Assembly: GCF_006345805.1 (NCBI RefSeq)
Contig: NC_043003.1
Span: forward strand, 8,990,001-9,054,000
Length of the DNA stretch: 64,000 bases
Direction of reading: 5' to 3'
Source of the DNA: Octopus sinensis
Taxonomy: Eukaryota
Within the stretch, counting starts at the first letter, position 1; every line of letters begins with the position of its first letter. The notes below the pieces were generated by a model, which worked only from the letters and a program-made list of their open reading frames with translations, made no database searches and had not been told where the DNA came from. This document shows positions 26,434 through 38,784 of the stretch, piece after piece. The position numbers and the translations under genes are program-made.

Positions 26434-27050
26434 CCCTTTTGTATTTAATCCAGCCATATCCAGCCCAAATATTCTATATCTTTATATATAAAAGTGAGGT
26501 TGTGTGCTGTCTGTCTCCTACGATTTAGATTCCTAACTACTCCCACATTTTGCGGTGCAGTTTAACCAAAAACTGGGTATCTTATAGTCGTGATTCATAT
26601 CAAACCCTTCTGGGTATTAGCGCACGTCTACGATGAGTCTACGATTTAAAAAAAAATTTACCAGCAATTTTTCCCATTTTTAATGCATTTTTGGCATATA
26701 TAAGGGAAGTAACTCTCTAAAAATTTATTATTAAATCTCAGAACGTAAAAAGCTACAGTAACACTCCCCCTTTGTGGTTAGCCATATTGAGATGGCTATT
26801 ATACTTTACATCTCTAAAAATGCTTATATAGTTATTTCCCTTACAAACCCGAGCAACACCGGGCGATACTGCTAGTATTTTATATTTGAACTAGCCATAT
26901 CTAGCCTCTCACACCTAACCTACATTGACATTCTAAAAAGAAACAATCACATCATTGAAACCTCAAAGCTATAAGATAATGTATGATTAATTCAAAACAA
27001 TTTGATTGAATATGTATTACATTTAACAGAATAATCTGAACAGTAAAGGG
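26434..27050. mobile_element. piggyBac-like MITE interrupted by a Helitron-type insertion
   Basis: TTAA|CCCTTT ... AAAGGG|TTAA; body shared with copies at about 38750-39210, 49215-49320 and 57595-57825. Confidence 0.75.
26479..26875 (+). mobile_element. Non-autonomous Helitron-type element
   Basis: A|TC start (TCTTTATATATAAAAG), subterminal hairpin CCCGAGCAACACCGGG, ends CTAG|T, no TSD. Confidence 0.8.
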
Positions 27051-27643
27051 TTAATCATGTATTATCTTGTAGCTTAATAATTTCAGAGATGTGACATTAG
27101 TAATTTTATCAATGGTGTTGACTGAAGAGACATTTTCAGAAAGCACCACATGATACTTGCTCAACATACTTGGCAAAGTAATTAATAAAAAAAACTGACC
27201 TAGTATTATGAATGGTTCTGCTGCTGTGTGTCTCCCTTTCGTTTGTCTCACTCTCGCTCCATCTCTATTTGTACTTTTCCTATATTCAGATATACAAAGT
27301 ATATTCACGTATAAGCATAGTTTTTAGTATCAGAGCTGCAGCATGGCTGAATGGTTAAGAAGCTTGCTTCCTGTCAACATTGTTCTGTGTTCAATTCCAC
27401 TGAGTGGCAATGTGACAAGCGTCTTCCACTAAAACCCCATGTTGACCCAATATCTTGTAAGTGTATTTGATTGACAGAAACTAAAAGAAACCTGTCACAC
27501 ACACACATATCAGACAGGTATGTGTGTGTGTATATACACACACACACACATACACACACACACACACACAAATATATATATATATATATATAAATATCAG
27601 ACAGGTATGTGTGTGTGTATATATATATATAGTTATGTCATGT

Positions 27644-27685
<42 letters not shown>

Positions 27686-28264
27686 GTTATGTCATGTTAC
27701 ATATATATATATACACATACACACACATTTTATATATAAAGCCTTTTGAATAAAATTAGGTTGATGGAAACTGTGCAGAAGCCTGTTGGCTAGGTTCATA
27801 ATCATTATAATTATCATATAATACCCACTCTTCCATGCTTGAGTGGGTCAGATGGAATTTGTTGAGGCAATTTTCCTATAGCTATATGCCCTTAATATAT
27901 TGCCATGCCAATCCTTAAATAAATCTTCAGAGTTTTGCATTAAGGTTCGTGATTGCTGATGCCTGTAAACATTATGCAAGAAGGGAAAGAATTTGGTTGA
28001 TCAAGTGACTGAATCTTCATCATTGAGATCCATTAATTACCATCTTTGATGGCATACGAAACCAAGATTTTGCTTCCAAGATAATCTGTCAAAAAATCAC
28101 TCCAGGTTCTATATGTAAAGTTGGGTCTCTCGGAATCTTTTTTTCTTGAATAAATGCTGTTGAAATTGGTGTGTGTCTAATACGCCTCTGTGACTTTTGT
28201 GTCATCAATATCAAACTTACTCCACATGTATCAGTCCCTCTTGTTGGTTTTCGCCTGACTAGCA

Positions 28265-28602
28265 CTTGTGTTGGTGTCACGTGAAAAAAAAAAGCATTTG
28301 AGCGAGGTCGTTGCCAGTGTCGCTGGACTGGCTCCTGTGCAGGTGGCACATAAAAAGCACCATTTGAGCGTGGCCATTGCCAGTACCACCACACTGGCCC
28401 TTGTGTCAGTGGCACGTAAAAGCACCCACTACACTCTTGGAGTGGTTGGCATTAGGAAGGGCATCCAGCTGTAGAAACTTTGCCAGATCAGATTGAGCCT
28501 GGTGCAGCCTCTGGCTCACCAGTCCTCAGTCAAACCGTCCAACTCATGCCAGCATAGAAAGCGGATGTTATACGACGATGATGATGATGATGATGTTGAT
28601 GA
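28265..28602 (+). mobile_element. Retroposon family C
   Basis: Same architecture, two VNTR units. Confidence 0.85.
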
Positions 28603-28829
28603 AGAGAGAGCAGTGCATGCCATCAAAGTGATACTGGGGTACAAATATATACGACACCCAGTATGTTCATCTTCTTGACTACCTGTCTGATAAAGGTACA
28701 CTAGGCACATACATCACAACCATATGTACGCTACATGATCTCATATCAAGATAAACAGTGCATGACTTTGCAGGTGGGACCCAGTTAGAATTTTCTTCAG
28801 GCTGAGTAACCCAGCCTGCTCAGAAAGCT

Positions 28830-28834
28830 TATTA

Positions 28835-28889
<55 letters not shown>

Positions 28890-28933
28890 TATTATTATTA
28901 TCATTATTATTGTTATTGTTATTGTTATTATTA

Positions 28934-28985
<52 letters not shown>
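28830..28985. repeat. (TAT/TGT)n microsatellite
   Basis: Seen directly. Confidence 0.95.
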
Positions 28986-29229
28986 GGTGATGAACTGGCA
29001 GGATCATTAGCATTTGGGACAAAATGCTTAGTGGCATTTTGTCTGTATTCATTTCAGAGTTCAAATTGCGTCGAGGTCGACTTTGCCTTTCATCCTTTCA
29101 GGGTCAATAAAATAAGTACCAGTTACACACTGGGGTCAATTTAATCAACATATGCTCTTCCCCAAAATTGCTGGCCTTGTGCCAAATTTTGAAATCATCA
29201 TCATCATCACCATCGTCACCATCATCATC

Positions 29230-29261
<32 letters not shown>

Positions 29262-30867
29262 TACCATGAAATTCATTTACTTGTTCATTTATAAAAAATT
29301 AAAAAATGAAAAAAAAAAGTATCACTCATTTGCAAAAACAAAATTTATTTTCATTTTTCTCTCTCTTCATACTTTGTTCCATTTCAGAGGGGTACCGAAA
29401 AATATAGTGACTCTCGGTTGGCAGAGGGAAACACTCCGAAAAGTCTGAACTGGTTAGATGAACCTTATCGTGACAGTGCAATAAACGATGTAATTATGTT
29501 GGCCATTGTTCATTGCCATTTTACTCCACTGGATTTCTCAACAATCTCTTCTTGCCTCAATGTTTAACCACCTCTGCCATTTAAGTCCGCGGTCTCTTAT
29601 ATCTATATTTTCTCATGCTCCTCTTTCTCACCAACACTCATTGCTTACATCTTTTCTTTTCTTTTATAACTACTTCTACTACAAACTAATATTATTATTA
29701 TTTTTATTTTTCTGCCATTCTTTCTTCTCTTCATCTTGTTCTCTATTTCTGAATCGTTCTTCTGTATCTGTTGGTCCTCTATAAATTCTTTAACCATTCA
29801 CTCACTGCTAGTCTGTTCTTCATTCTCTTACCCTCTCTATCCTTCAGCGTTTGCCTTCCGTATCGATATATCTATCAATCTATCTCTTTGTTTATTTGAT
29901 TCTCTCCTTATCTATCGCTTTATCTAACCTACCAACTAACCCTAACTAAATGTCGGCCACTTTTATTTAGCTAACAAATCATTTATTTCTTCTATTTTCT
30001 AGTTATTTATTTTTTAGCACATATCTTCTCTTGCAATTCAATTCTTACTAACATTTGCTTTATGGAATTGCCAAATTCTTGCCTTGTCTGCTTTCTGTTA
30101 CTCATTGGCATTATAAACATTTGTTGTTGAAGCCATGTTGTTCCTATGTTGTTGACTTTGGTTATGTTTTTTTTTTTTTAATTTCTGTCATATTACCAGG
30201 TAACCTACCAACCAGGTGATCAATCAAGCAATCATTAACCTCAAGAACATTTTGTTTGATTACTTTTTTTTGAAGATTATTTGTGTTTTTTATGTTGAAT
30301 GTTTTATAAAAAGAAGTCCAATTCCTTTGTAAACTGAATTTCAAAACCAGTTTCAATTCTTAATTGTGAAAGAAATCTTACATCGTTAATTATTTTTTGG
30401 TAATGATTTCAACATTCCACTGTTTTAAGTCTGCAAGAGTTTATAGTTCTGTAAGAAATAATTATTTGCAGTTTAGTGTTTTGGACATTTTAATGCAAAT
30501 TCCATCGCATTTGTTTTTTATTCCATCAAAATTTATAAAATAAGAACCAGTGTTTATAAAAGATTGAGTTAATCCAATCGACTGTATTGACCACCTATTG
30601 ATTACGTAGGCGTGTGCACAGCTGTACGTGCATATGCACGAACTCACATGCATCAGTATTTATATGTATGAGTGTGTGTGTGTGTGGTGTCTAACTCATT
30701 TTGTCTGTTTCTCACAATAAATATGATCATCATCATCATTGTCATCATCATTTTATGTTCCCCTTTACTTGCTAGCAGGGGTTGGATTCAGTTCTATATT
30801 TAAGAGATGAGGAATTATGTACATTATTTACAAATGATGGATATTTGTCCTCATCTTGTTTGTTGTT

Positions 30868-30913
30868 AACACAACGTTTCGGCTGATATACCCTCCAGCC
30901 TTCATCAGGTGTC
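30868..30913 (-). ncRNA. Minimal type-I hammerhead ribozyme motif
   Basis: GACAC-CTGATGA-A-GGCTG(GAGGGTATAT)CAGCC-GAAA-CG-T-T-GTGTT: stem I 5 bp (one GU), stem II 5 bp, palindromic stem III AACGTT, GUU triplet. Confidence 0.75.
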
Positions 30914-31029
30914 TTGGGGAAATTTTGAACATGGGTTCTCATTACTAAGGTGACCTTGATAATAATAATAATAATAACAACATCAAAAAATACCTTAGGT
31001 ATGAGAACCCAGGTTTGAAATTTCCCCAA

Positions 31030-31075
31030 GAAACCTGATGAAGGCTGGAGGGTATATTAGCCGAAACGTTGTGTT
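31030..31075 (+). ncRNA. Minimal type-I hammerhead ribozyme motif (one stem I mismatch)
   Basis: GAAAC-CTGATGA-A-GGCTG(GAGGGTATAT)TAGCC-GAAACGTT-GTGTT. Confidence 0.65.
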
Positions 31076-31819
31076 AACAACAAACAAGATGAGGACAAAT
31101 ATCCATCAATTGTAAATAATGTAAATAAGGGGTTGGCTTGTTCAACAGGAAGTGAAAAGCCTGATAAAGGTAAAGTAAAGTTACCTTCTTGTGTCATGCT
31201 GACTTGTCAGGGCCTGTTTCCTGGTTTCATGGCTTATAAATTCCGCACCTAGATGGAACGCCAGTCTGTCACAAGATTACTCGTTTTTGCCAGCTAAGTA
31301 GACTGGAGCAACATGAAATGAAGAACACAACCCATCGCCTGGTCCAGGAATCGAAACCACAACCTTACGATCATGAGTCCAACACCCTAACCACTAAGCC
31401 ACATACCTCCACATATTGATGAACCCGAGGGTGGCCCTAAGTCCCACTGTCTGCTTTGGTATGATTTCTGCAGCTGGATGCCCTTTCTAATACCAACCAC
31501 TTTACAGGGTGTACTGGGTGCATTTCATGTGGCACCAGCACTGGTGAAATCACCAAGTACCCACAACCCACAAAACCAGGGCCCCTCAACTGAGTGGGGT
31601 ATAATATTGAAGGATGTAAAACTACGATAGAAGGACTGGGACAGGTGTCTTGCTGAAGGGGTGAATAGATGGCTTCCCCTTCTGGAAAGAAAGGGAGAGA
31701 GGGGGAGGAGAGGGAGGGGTGAGACCAAGGTGTAAGGTGAATATGAGAGAAAGAATAAGGATAGAAGATCAGACAAAGTGGATGGGTAGATAAGCATGAC
31801 AGAGTGTGAAAAGACTAAG

Positions 31820-32430
31820 GTGGTGAGCTGGCAGAAACATTAGCACGCCGGGCGAAATGCTTAGCGGTATTTTGTCTGCCGTTACGTTCTGAGTTCAAAT
31901 TCCGCCGAGGTCGACTGTGCCTTTCATCCTTTCGGGGTCGATTAAATGAGTACTAGTTACGCACTGGGGTCGATGTAATCGACTTAGTCCGTTAGTCTGT
32001 CCTTGTTTGTCCCCTTTGTGTTTAGCCCCTTGTGGGCAGTAAAGAAATAGGTATTTCATCTGTCTTTACGTTCTGAGTTAAAATTCCTCCAAAGTCGATT
32101 TTACCTTTCATCCTCTCAGGGTCAATTAAATAAGTACCAGTTATGCACTGGGGTCGATATAATCGACTTAATCCATTTGTCTGACCTTGTTTGTCCTCTC
32201 TGTGTTTAGCCCCTTGTGGGCAATAAAGAAATAAGAAACATTAGCATGCCGAGTGAAATGCTTAGCCGTATTTCATCTGTCTTTACTTTCTGAGTTCAAA
32301 TTCCATCAAGGTCGACTTTGCCTTTCATCCTTCTGGGGGTTGATAAATTAAGTACCAGTTGTGTACTAGGGTTGATCCAATCGGCTGGCCTCCTCCCAAC
32401 AAAAAAATTTCGGGCCTTGTACCTCGAGTA
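31820..32430 (+). mobile_element. SINE family B trimer
   Basis: Head GGTGAGCTGGCAGAAACATTAGC; units at 31866 and 32050; third unit restarts at 32234 and ends with the alternative tail. Confidence 0.9.
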
Positions 32431-32650
32431 GATAAGCGTGACAGAGTGTGAAGAGAGTGTGACAGCTAATTGGAAATGGGGATTGAGGTGGACACAGTGA
32501 ACATCACCTTGGAAGGAAATAAGAGTTCTGCTAAGTGAATGCAGTATAGTGAGGGTAAGAATTAAAGGTAAAATAAAATTACAAGGACTACTTCATGGTA
32601 ACTGTTGCTGCTTCATGTAGAAATCTAGGCAAGCAGGGTCACAATCACCA

Positions 32651-33070
32651 CTCTTTACTCTTTTACTCTTTTACTTGTTTCAGTCATGTGACTGTGGCCA
32701 TGCTGGAGCACTGCCTTTAGTCGAGCAAATCAACCTCAGGACTTATTCTTTGTAAGCCTAGTACTTATTCTATCGGTCTCTTTTGCCGAACTGCTAAGTT
32801 ACGGGGACGTAAACACACCAGCATCTGTTGTCAAGCGATGTTGGGGGGACAAACACAGACACACAAACACACACACACACACACACACATATAATATATA
32901 CACACGTATATACGACAGGCTTCTTTCAGTTTCTGTCTACCAAATCCACTCACAAGGCTTTGGTCAGCCCGAGGCTATAGTAGAAGACACCTGCCTAAGG
33001 TGCCACGCAGTGGGACAACACGGAACCATGTGGTTGGTAAGCAAGCTACTTACCACACAGCTACTCCTAT
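32651..33070 (-). mobile_element. SINE family A
   Basis: Matches family consensus, reverse strand. Confidence 0.88.
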
Positions 33071-33483
33071 GCCTACCACTGTGATAACAAAATGAACAAT
33101 GGTTGAAATTTTTTGGAACCATTTGTTTTCTACTCGTACGTAACATCGTGCAGGTGTACTACATGTATATACAAATGTATGGCAAGTGTACACCTGCACA
33201 ATGTTACGTACGGGTAGAAAATAAATAGTCTTTGTTATCACAGTGGTGATTGTGACCCCGCTTGCCTTGATTTCTCCATGAAGCAGCAACAGTAGAAAAA
33301 ACTTTGTTGGTTCATCATTCTAGAAGCAGCAGAAAATTGGCCACACTGGTACAAAGCCACGTTTGCAGTAACATGACATAGGGACCCCACCCCTTTTTCT
33401 GAAAACAAAACAACCTTGATCCCAGATACAAACCGGAAGTAACTCAGTTCCGACAAGTTGTGTAAACTAATACTAAATAGTTG

Positions 33484-33860
33484 TGGCGCTCTGTCAGTTA
33501 CGACGACAAGGGTTCCAGTTGATCCGATCAACAGAACAGCCTGCTCGTGAAATTAATGTGCAAGTGGCTGAGCACTCTGTAGACATGTGTACCCTTAACG
33601 CAGTTCTCGGGGAGATTCAGCATGACACAGGGTGTGACAAGGTTGGCCCTACGAAATACAGATACAACAGAAACAGGAAGAGTGAGAGAAAGTTGTAGAG
33701 AAGGAGTACAGCAGGGTTTGCCACTACTTCCTGCCAGAGCCTCGTGGAGCTTTAAGTGTTTCCACTCAATAAAGCCTCACAACGCCTGGTCTAGGAATCG
33801 AAACTGCGATCCTATGACCGCGAGCCTGCTGCCCTAACCACTGGGCCATTGCGCCTCCAC
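33484..33860 (-). mobile_element. tRNA-derived SINE, family E, full length
   Basis: Head GGAGGCGCAATGGCCCAGTGGTTAGGG ... GTTTCGATTCC; 3' GATCGGATCAACTGGAACCCT. Confidence 0.88.
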
Positions 33861-34386
33861 ACTAAATAGTAATACAGTAGACTTATCGCTGGAGATAACA
33901 ATAAGATTTGCTGTGATAATGTGCTTTGGCATTTCTTTCATAGCTTAAGAATATTTCATTTTTAGTTTCCTCTAATAGATCTATGTCTGCTGCCTGAAAC
34001 TAAATTTAAATGCTTGACCCATAATCATAAAAGCAGCAGTTAAAATCTTGACCACTTATGTGGATATATTATTACAAGATTTGTTGACTTTGGCGATCTG
34101 GAAGCCTGCGTTGACCTTGGCAAGGTTTCAAACTCAACTCAACCGACTATCAATTATCTTGTAAATGAAACGGTCTGATTGGCTCTTGGCCAATTTAACT
34201 GTATTATTCTTAGCTTAAATCTAGCGCCATTACAGCTAATTAAACTTTACCATTCATTCGGCTCTCTTCTCTTTGTAATTCCATCTGTGTGGATGTTGTC
34301 ACAGTATTTCAAACTCTGGTACTCAGTTTTTGGCTGCTGTTTTATGGCAAGTTTGTTGTCTTAACCCCTTCCTTACTATATTTCTC

Positions 34387-34762
34387 TGGAATCGCAATGC
34401 CCAGTGGTTAGGCCAACAGACTTGTGGCCGTAGGATCGCAGTTTCGATTCCCTGACCGAGTGTTGTGAGTGTTTATTGAGTGAAAACACCTAAAGCTCCA
34501 CGAAGCTCCAGCAGGGAGTGGTGGCAAACCCTGCTCTACTCCTTCTCTACAACTTTCTCTCACTCTTCCTGTTTCTGTTGTACCTGTATTTCAAGGGGCC
34601 AGCCTTGTCACACTTTGTGTCATGCTGAATCTCCTCAAGAACTACGTTAAGGGTACACATGTCTGTGGAGTGCTCAGCCACTTACACGTTAATTTCACGA
34701 GCAGGCTGTTCCATTGATTGGATCAACTGGAACCCTCATCCTTATAACCGATGGAATGCCAC
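34387..34762 (+). mobile_element. SINE family E, full length
   Basis: Same consensus as 33484-33860, opposite orientation. Confidence 0.85.
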
Positions 34763-35025
34763 TATATTTCTGATGAAATACGTATTTCCTATGTGTTCAC
34801 TAGCGTAGCTAGACTGTATGCTGCCTGGGGCAGCCCTTCCATTTGCCACCACCGGACCTCACAAAAACACTTATTGCCTACAGTAAACCCAAAAATGCTG
34901 CCTGGGGCACACTGCCCCTACCACCTCAGCCTGCTACGCTAGTGTATGTATTTCAGTCTATTATGTAAAGAATTAAGACTGGAAGAAAATTTAGCAAAAC
35001 AACTGGAAATTTTCATTAATAAGAG

Positions 35026-35060
<35 letters not shown>

Positions 35061-35062
<2 letters not shown>

Positions 35063-35464
35063 TTTTATTCTTTTATTTGTTTTAGTCCTTTGACTGTGGC
35101 CATGCTGGAGCACTGCCTTTTAGTTGAACAAATCGACTCCCAAGACTTAGTCTTTGTAAGCCTAGTACATTTTCTATCAGTCTCTTTTGCTGAACCGCTA
35201 AGTTACGGGGACATAAACACACTAGCATCAGTTGTCAAACGATGTTGCGGGGGGGGGGGGGGACAAACACAGACACACAAATACAAACACACATATATTT
35301 ACATATATACGATGGGCTTCTTTCAGTTTCTGTTTACCAAATCCACTCTCAAAGCTTTGGTCGTCTCGAGGCTATAGTAGAAGGTACTTGCCCAAAGTGC
35401 CATGCAGTGGGACTGAACCCAGAACCAAGTGGTTGGTAAGCAAGCTACTTACCACACAGCCACT
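35061..35464 (-). mobile_element. SINE family A
   Basis: Matches family consensus, reverse strand. Confidence 0.88.
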
Positions 35465-35647
35465 AATTATATATATATATAAGAAATTAGAATGAGAAAT
35501 GAAACTTCATTAGCTTAAAACTGTGCTGCTGTTTTTGCTCCAAGATGCAGTGGACTCATAGTTGAGTGCCCGCGCATCACCTTAGAGTGTCAACGAAGCT
35601 TCAAATAATTTTATTTGGGGAAACATAAAATTCCACTTCATGTCTGA

Positions 35648-35728
35648 AGCTCTGATGAAGCCATAGGGTAAAGCTCAAGCATTCAACTATGAGTGCATTG
35701 CATCTTATAGCAGAAACAACTGTAAGCC
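35648..35728 (+). ncRNA. Hammerhead motif with long stem II
   Basis: GCT-CTGATGA-A-GCCATAGGG...TCTTATAGC-A-GAAAC-AACT-GT-A-AGC. Confidence 0.55.
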
Positions 35729-35784
35729 AATGAAGTTCATAACATAATTGCTCATTCCTTTGTCATTCTAAGTAATTAAGAAAT

Positions 35785-36170
35785 AGTGGCTGTGTGGTAA
35801 GTAGTTTGCTTACCAACCACATGGTTCTGGGTTCAGTCCCACTGTGTGGCACCTTGGGCAAGTGTCTTCTACTATAGCCTTGGGCCAAACAATGCCTTGT
35901 GAGTGGATTTTGTAGATGGAAACTGAAAGAAGCCTGTCGTATATATGTATATATATGTGTGTGTGTCTGTGTTTGTCCCTCCAACATCACTTGACAACCG
36001 ATGCTGGTGTGTTTGTGTCCCCGTAACTTAGCGGTTCAGCAAAAGAGACTGATAGAATAAGTACTAGGCTTACAAGGAATAAGTGCTGGGGTCGATTTTG
36101 TTCAACTAAAGGCGGTGCTCCAGCATGGCCACAGTCAAATGACTGAAACAAGTAAAAGAGCAAAAGAGTA
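35785..36170 (+). mobile_element. SINE family A
   Basis: Matches family consensus. Confidence 0.88.
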
Positions 36171-36695
36171 TCCCCAACAAAAGTGGGAAACCACTGCAGA
36201 AACCACAGTCTGTAATAACTCTAACAAAGACACAAACAACAATCACATTTACAGCAATGAAAACTGATAGAGGATAATAGAAGATGTTGTGGCTTACACT
36301 TTCAGGTTTAGTTAATGTCCAATAGATTCTTTTAGAAGGCTTTACAATGGGCGGTCCTGGTAGTATTAAGTTATATATATTCTAATCAGTTATATATATA
36401 TTCTAATCGTGATTAGTTATATATATTCTAATTACGAGGATATTGCCGGACTGGTAATATTGGTCAAACCAAACTGGAAGTATCAGCAACGTGAAGTTTG
36501 GCTTTACTTCAGTTTGCCATCGGCTATTGACAAAACACACTGGCAAACACCAGAAATAGTCATCAGATTCTGGAAGAGATACATACGAAAGTGAGCAATA
36601 AAAACGGTCTCTGAAGCAACAACAAAAAAAAAGCATAAGATAAAATAAATTCGAGGCAGAAGCAATACCATTGTCTAACACAATAGCAATAACAA

Positions 36696-37085
36696 GTCAG
36701 TAACCCTTACTGTGTTACATCTAGCTCAGTATCTTCTCCTGTATTATGACTAACTCAATACTTTCTAGCTCAGTACCTCCTACCATGTGAAAACTAGCCT
36801 AGTATCTTTTACTGTGTTACAACTAACTCAGTACCTCTTATGGTGTTACATTTAACTCAGTACCTCTTGTTGTGTTACAATTAGCTCAGTACTTCCTGCT
36901 GTGTCACATCAGTATCTCCTATTGTGTTACAATTAGCCTAGTGCCTCCTACAATGTTAAAACTACCTCAGTATCTCTTCCTGTGTTACAACCACCTCAGT
37001 ATCTCTTCCTATGTTACGACAAGTCCAGTACCTTCTACTGTATCAGAATTATCTCAGTATTTCCTACTAAGTCAGTATTTCTTAG
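36696..37085. repeat. Degenerate ~30-bp minisatellite (CTCAGTACCTCTTACTGTGTTACAACTA-like)
   Basis: Recurrent CTCAGTA / TGTGTTACA motifs at ~30-bp spacing. Confidence 0.75.
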
Positions 37086-37341
37086 AACAGCCAGAGGCAA
37101 ACTGTGACCCATGGGACATACTGGATGGCACATCTAACGAAAAATTACTTTGAATCTTTCAGCAGTGAGTCCTGCTTCGTGATGAGCCATGTCTCATCCA
37201 GCCAGCTTCTCAAAAAAGATTGCTCGTGCCTGAACTAGTATTAGCTCAGTAACTCATGCTATTGAACTAATTTTAAGGTTGTTCAATTTCCTAGAAATAG
37301 CAGCAAAATCTCCCTTAAATGACACATTATACCATCTATGA

Positions 37342-37617
37342 CAGTGGTTCTCAACCGTTTTCTTTTTTTACCCATGGGCTCATTTGGTTCCTATTTTACT
37401 CAAGTGGACCCGACTCCCTCCCCAATGGCCACTCAATGTTTAAAAATTCCTGTTATGTTTTGATAATTAAATATTATTACGAAATTGTATTAAAAAAATT
37501 GTTAAATTATTTTGTATATTGTAGAATTATAACTGGTTTAATGTACATAAATTTTAACAACAAATTCTTATATTGGGCTCCTCCAAGGGTCAGAAGGATG
37601 TTTGTTGAGAACCACTG
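37342..37617. mobile_element. hAT-type MITE
   Basis: TIRs CAGTGGTTCTCAAC / GTTGAGAACCACTG; perfect 8-bp TSD ATCTATGA. Confidence 0.9.
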
Positions 37618-38007
37618 ATCTATGATAAAGGAAGACATGTTAGAAAATGTCCTTGATAGAAGAAATGAAACAAATGATAAGATGGTCATGGTTGGAGTGT
37701 CTTTGTACATAACTTGGAGTGTCTTTCTTCTGTGAGAACAATAATTATAGCTATAATGACACCACCAAGGACACAAGAAGGTTAGTTAAACCTGCAAGAA
37801 CATCAGTGTTGTCCTTAAGCAACGTGTAATATGATAGCACAATCATAAAAATAATAATAGCAATAACAATTTGGCCTTCAACTACAATAACATCAATAGC
37901 ATTAAAAATTCAAAGTACTGAACAACAAGAAAAAGCAAAAAAATCACAAAAAAAATCAATAAAATGCAGTATATATAGATCTTGGCTATAGAATCAACAT
38001 TAATATA

Positions 38008-38189
38008 GGCGTAGGAGTGGCTGTGTGGTAAGTATCTTGCTTACTAACCACATGGTTCCAGGTTCAGTCCCACTGCATGGCACCTTGGGCAAGTGTCTTC
38101 TACTATAGCCTCGGGCTGACCAAAGCCTTGTGAGTGGATTTGGTAGACGGAAACTAAAAGAAGCCTGTCGTATATATGTATATAATATA

Positions 38190-38235
<46 letters not shown>

Positions 38236-38468
38236 TATATATATATATATATATATGTATATGTTTGTGTGTCTGTGTTTGTCCCCCCAAAATCGCTGGA
38301 CAACCGATGCTGGTGTGTTTATGTCCCTATAACTTAGTGGTTTGGTAAAAGAGACCGATAGAATAAGTACTAAGCTTACAAAGTATAAGTCCCAGGGTCG
38401 ATTTACTCGACTAAATGCAGTGCTCCAGCATGGCCACAGTCAAATGACTGAAACAAGTAAAAGAGTAT
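38008..38468 (+). mobile_element. SINE family A, full length
   Basis: GGCGTAGGAGTGGCTGTGTGG head, expanded internal (TA)n, tail. Confidence 0.9.
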
Positions 38469-38784
38469 AATATAAAAACATGAACACTGCCATACTGTCT
38501 TATGCTCTTAACTTCGGTATGTATTGAGTCCAACAGAATAGTGAAATGTTTACATTATACTGGAGTATTTTATGAACCTGGCTTCCAAAATGATAGTATA
38601 TATCATCATCATCATTTAGCGTCCGCTTTCCATGCTAGCATGGGTTGGATGATTTGACTGAAGTCTGGCGAACCAGACTCCAATTTGATCTGGCAGACTT
38701 TCTACAGCTGGATGCCCTTCCTAACACCATATATATATAATTATTTCATGTATAAACCAGCCCAAATCTGGCCCAAATATTCTT

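Larger units (their letters stand above)
30815..31128. mobile_element. Penelope-like inverted repeat (two ~137-bp arms, 40-nt AAT-rich spacer), each arm carrying a hammerhead motif
   Basis: Arms 30815-30951 and 30992-31128 are reverse complements with few mismatches. Confidence 0.8.

Noticed and set aside
33432-33440. ETS-type ACCGGAAGT motif as promoter evidence
   Set aside because: A single short motif is expected by chance; no other support.
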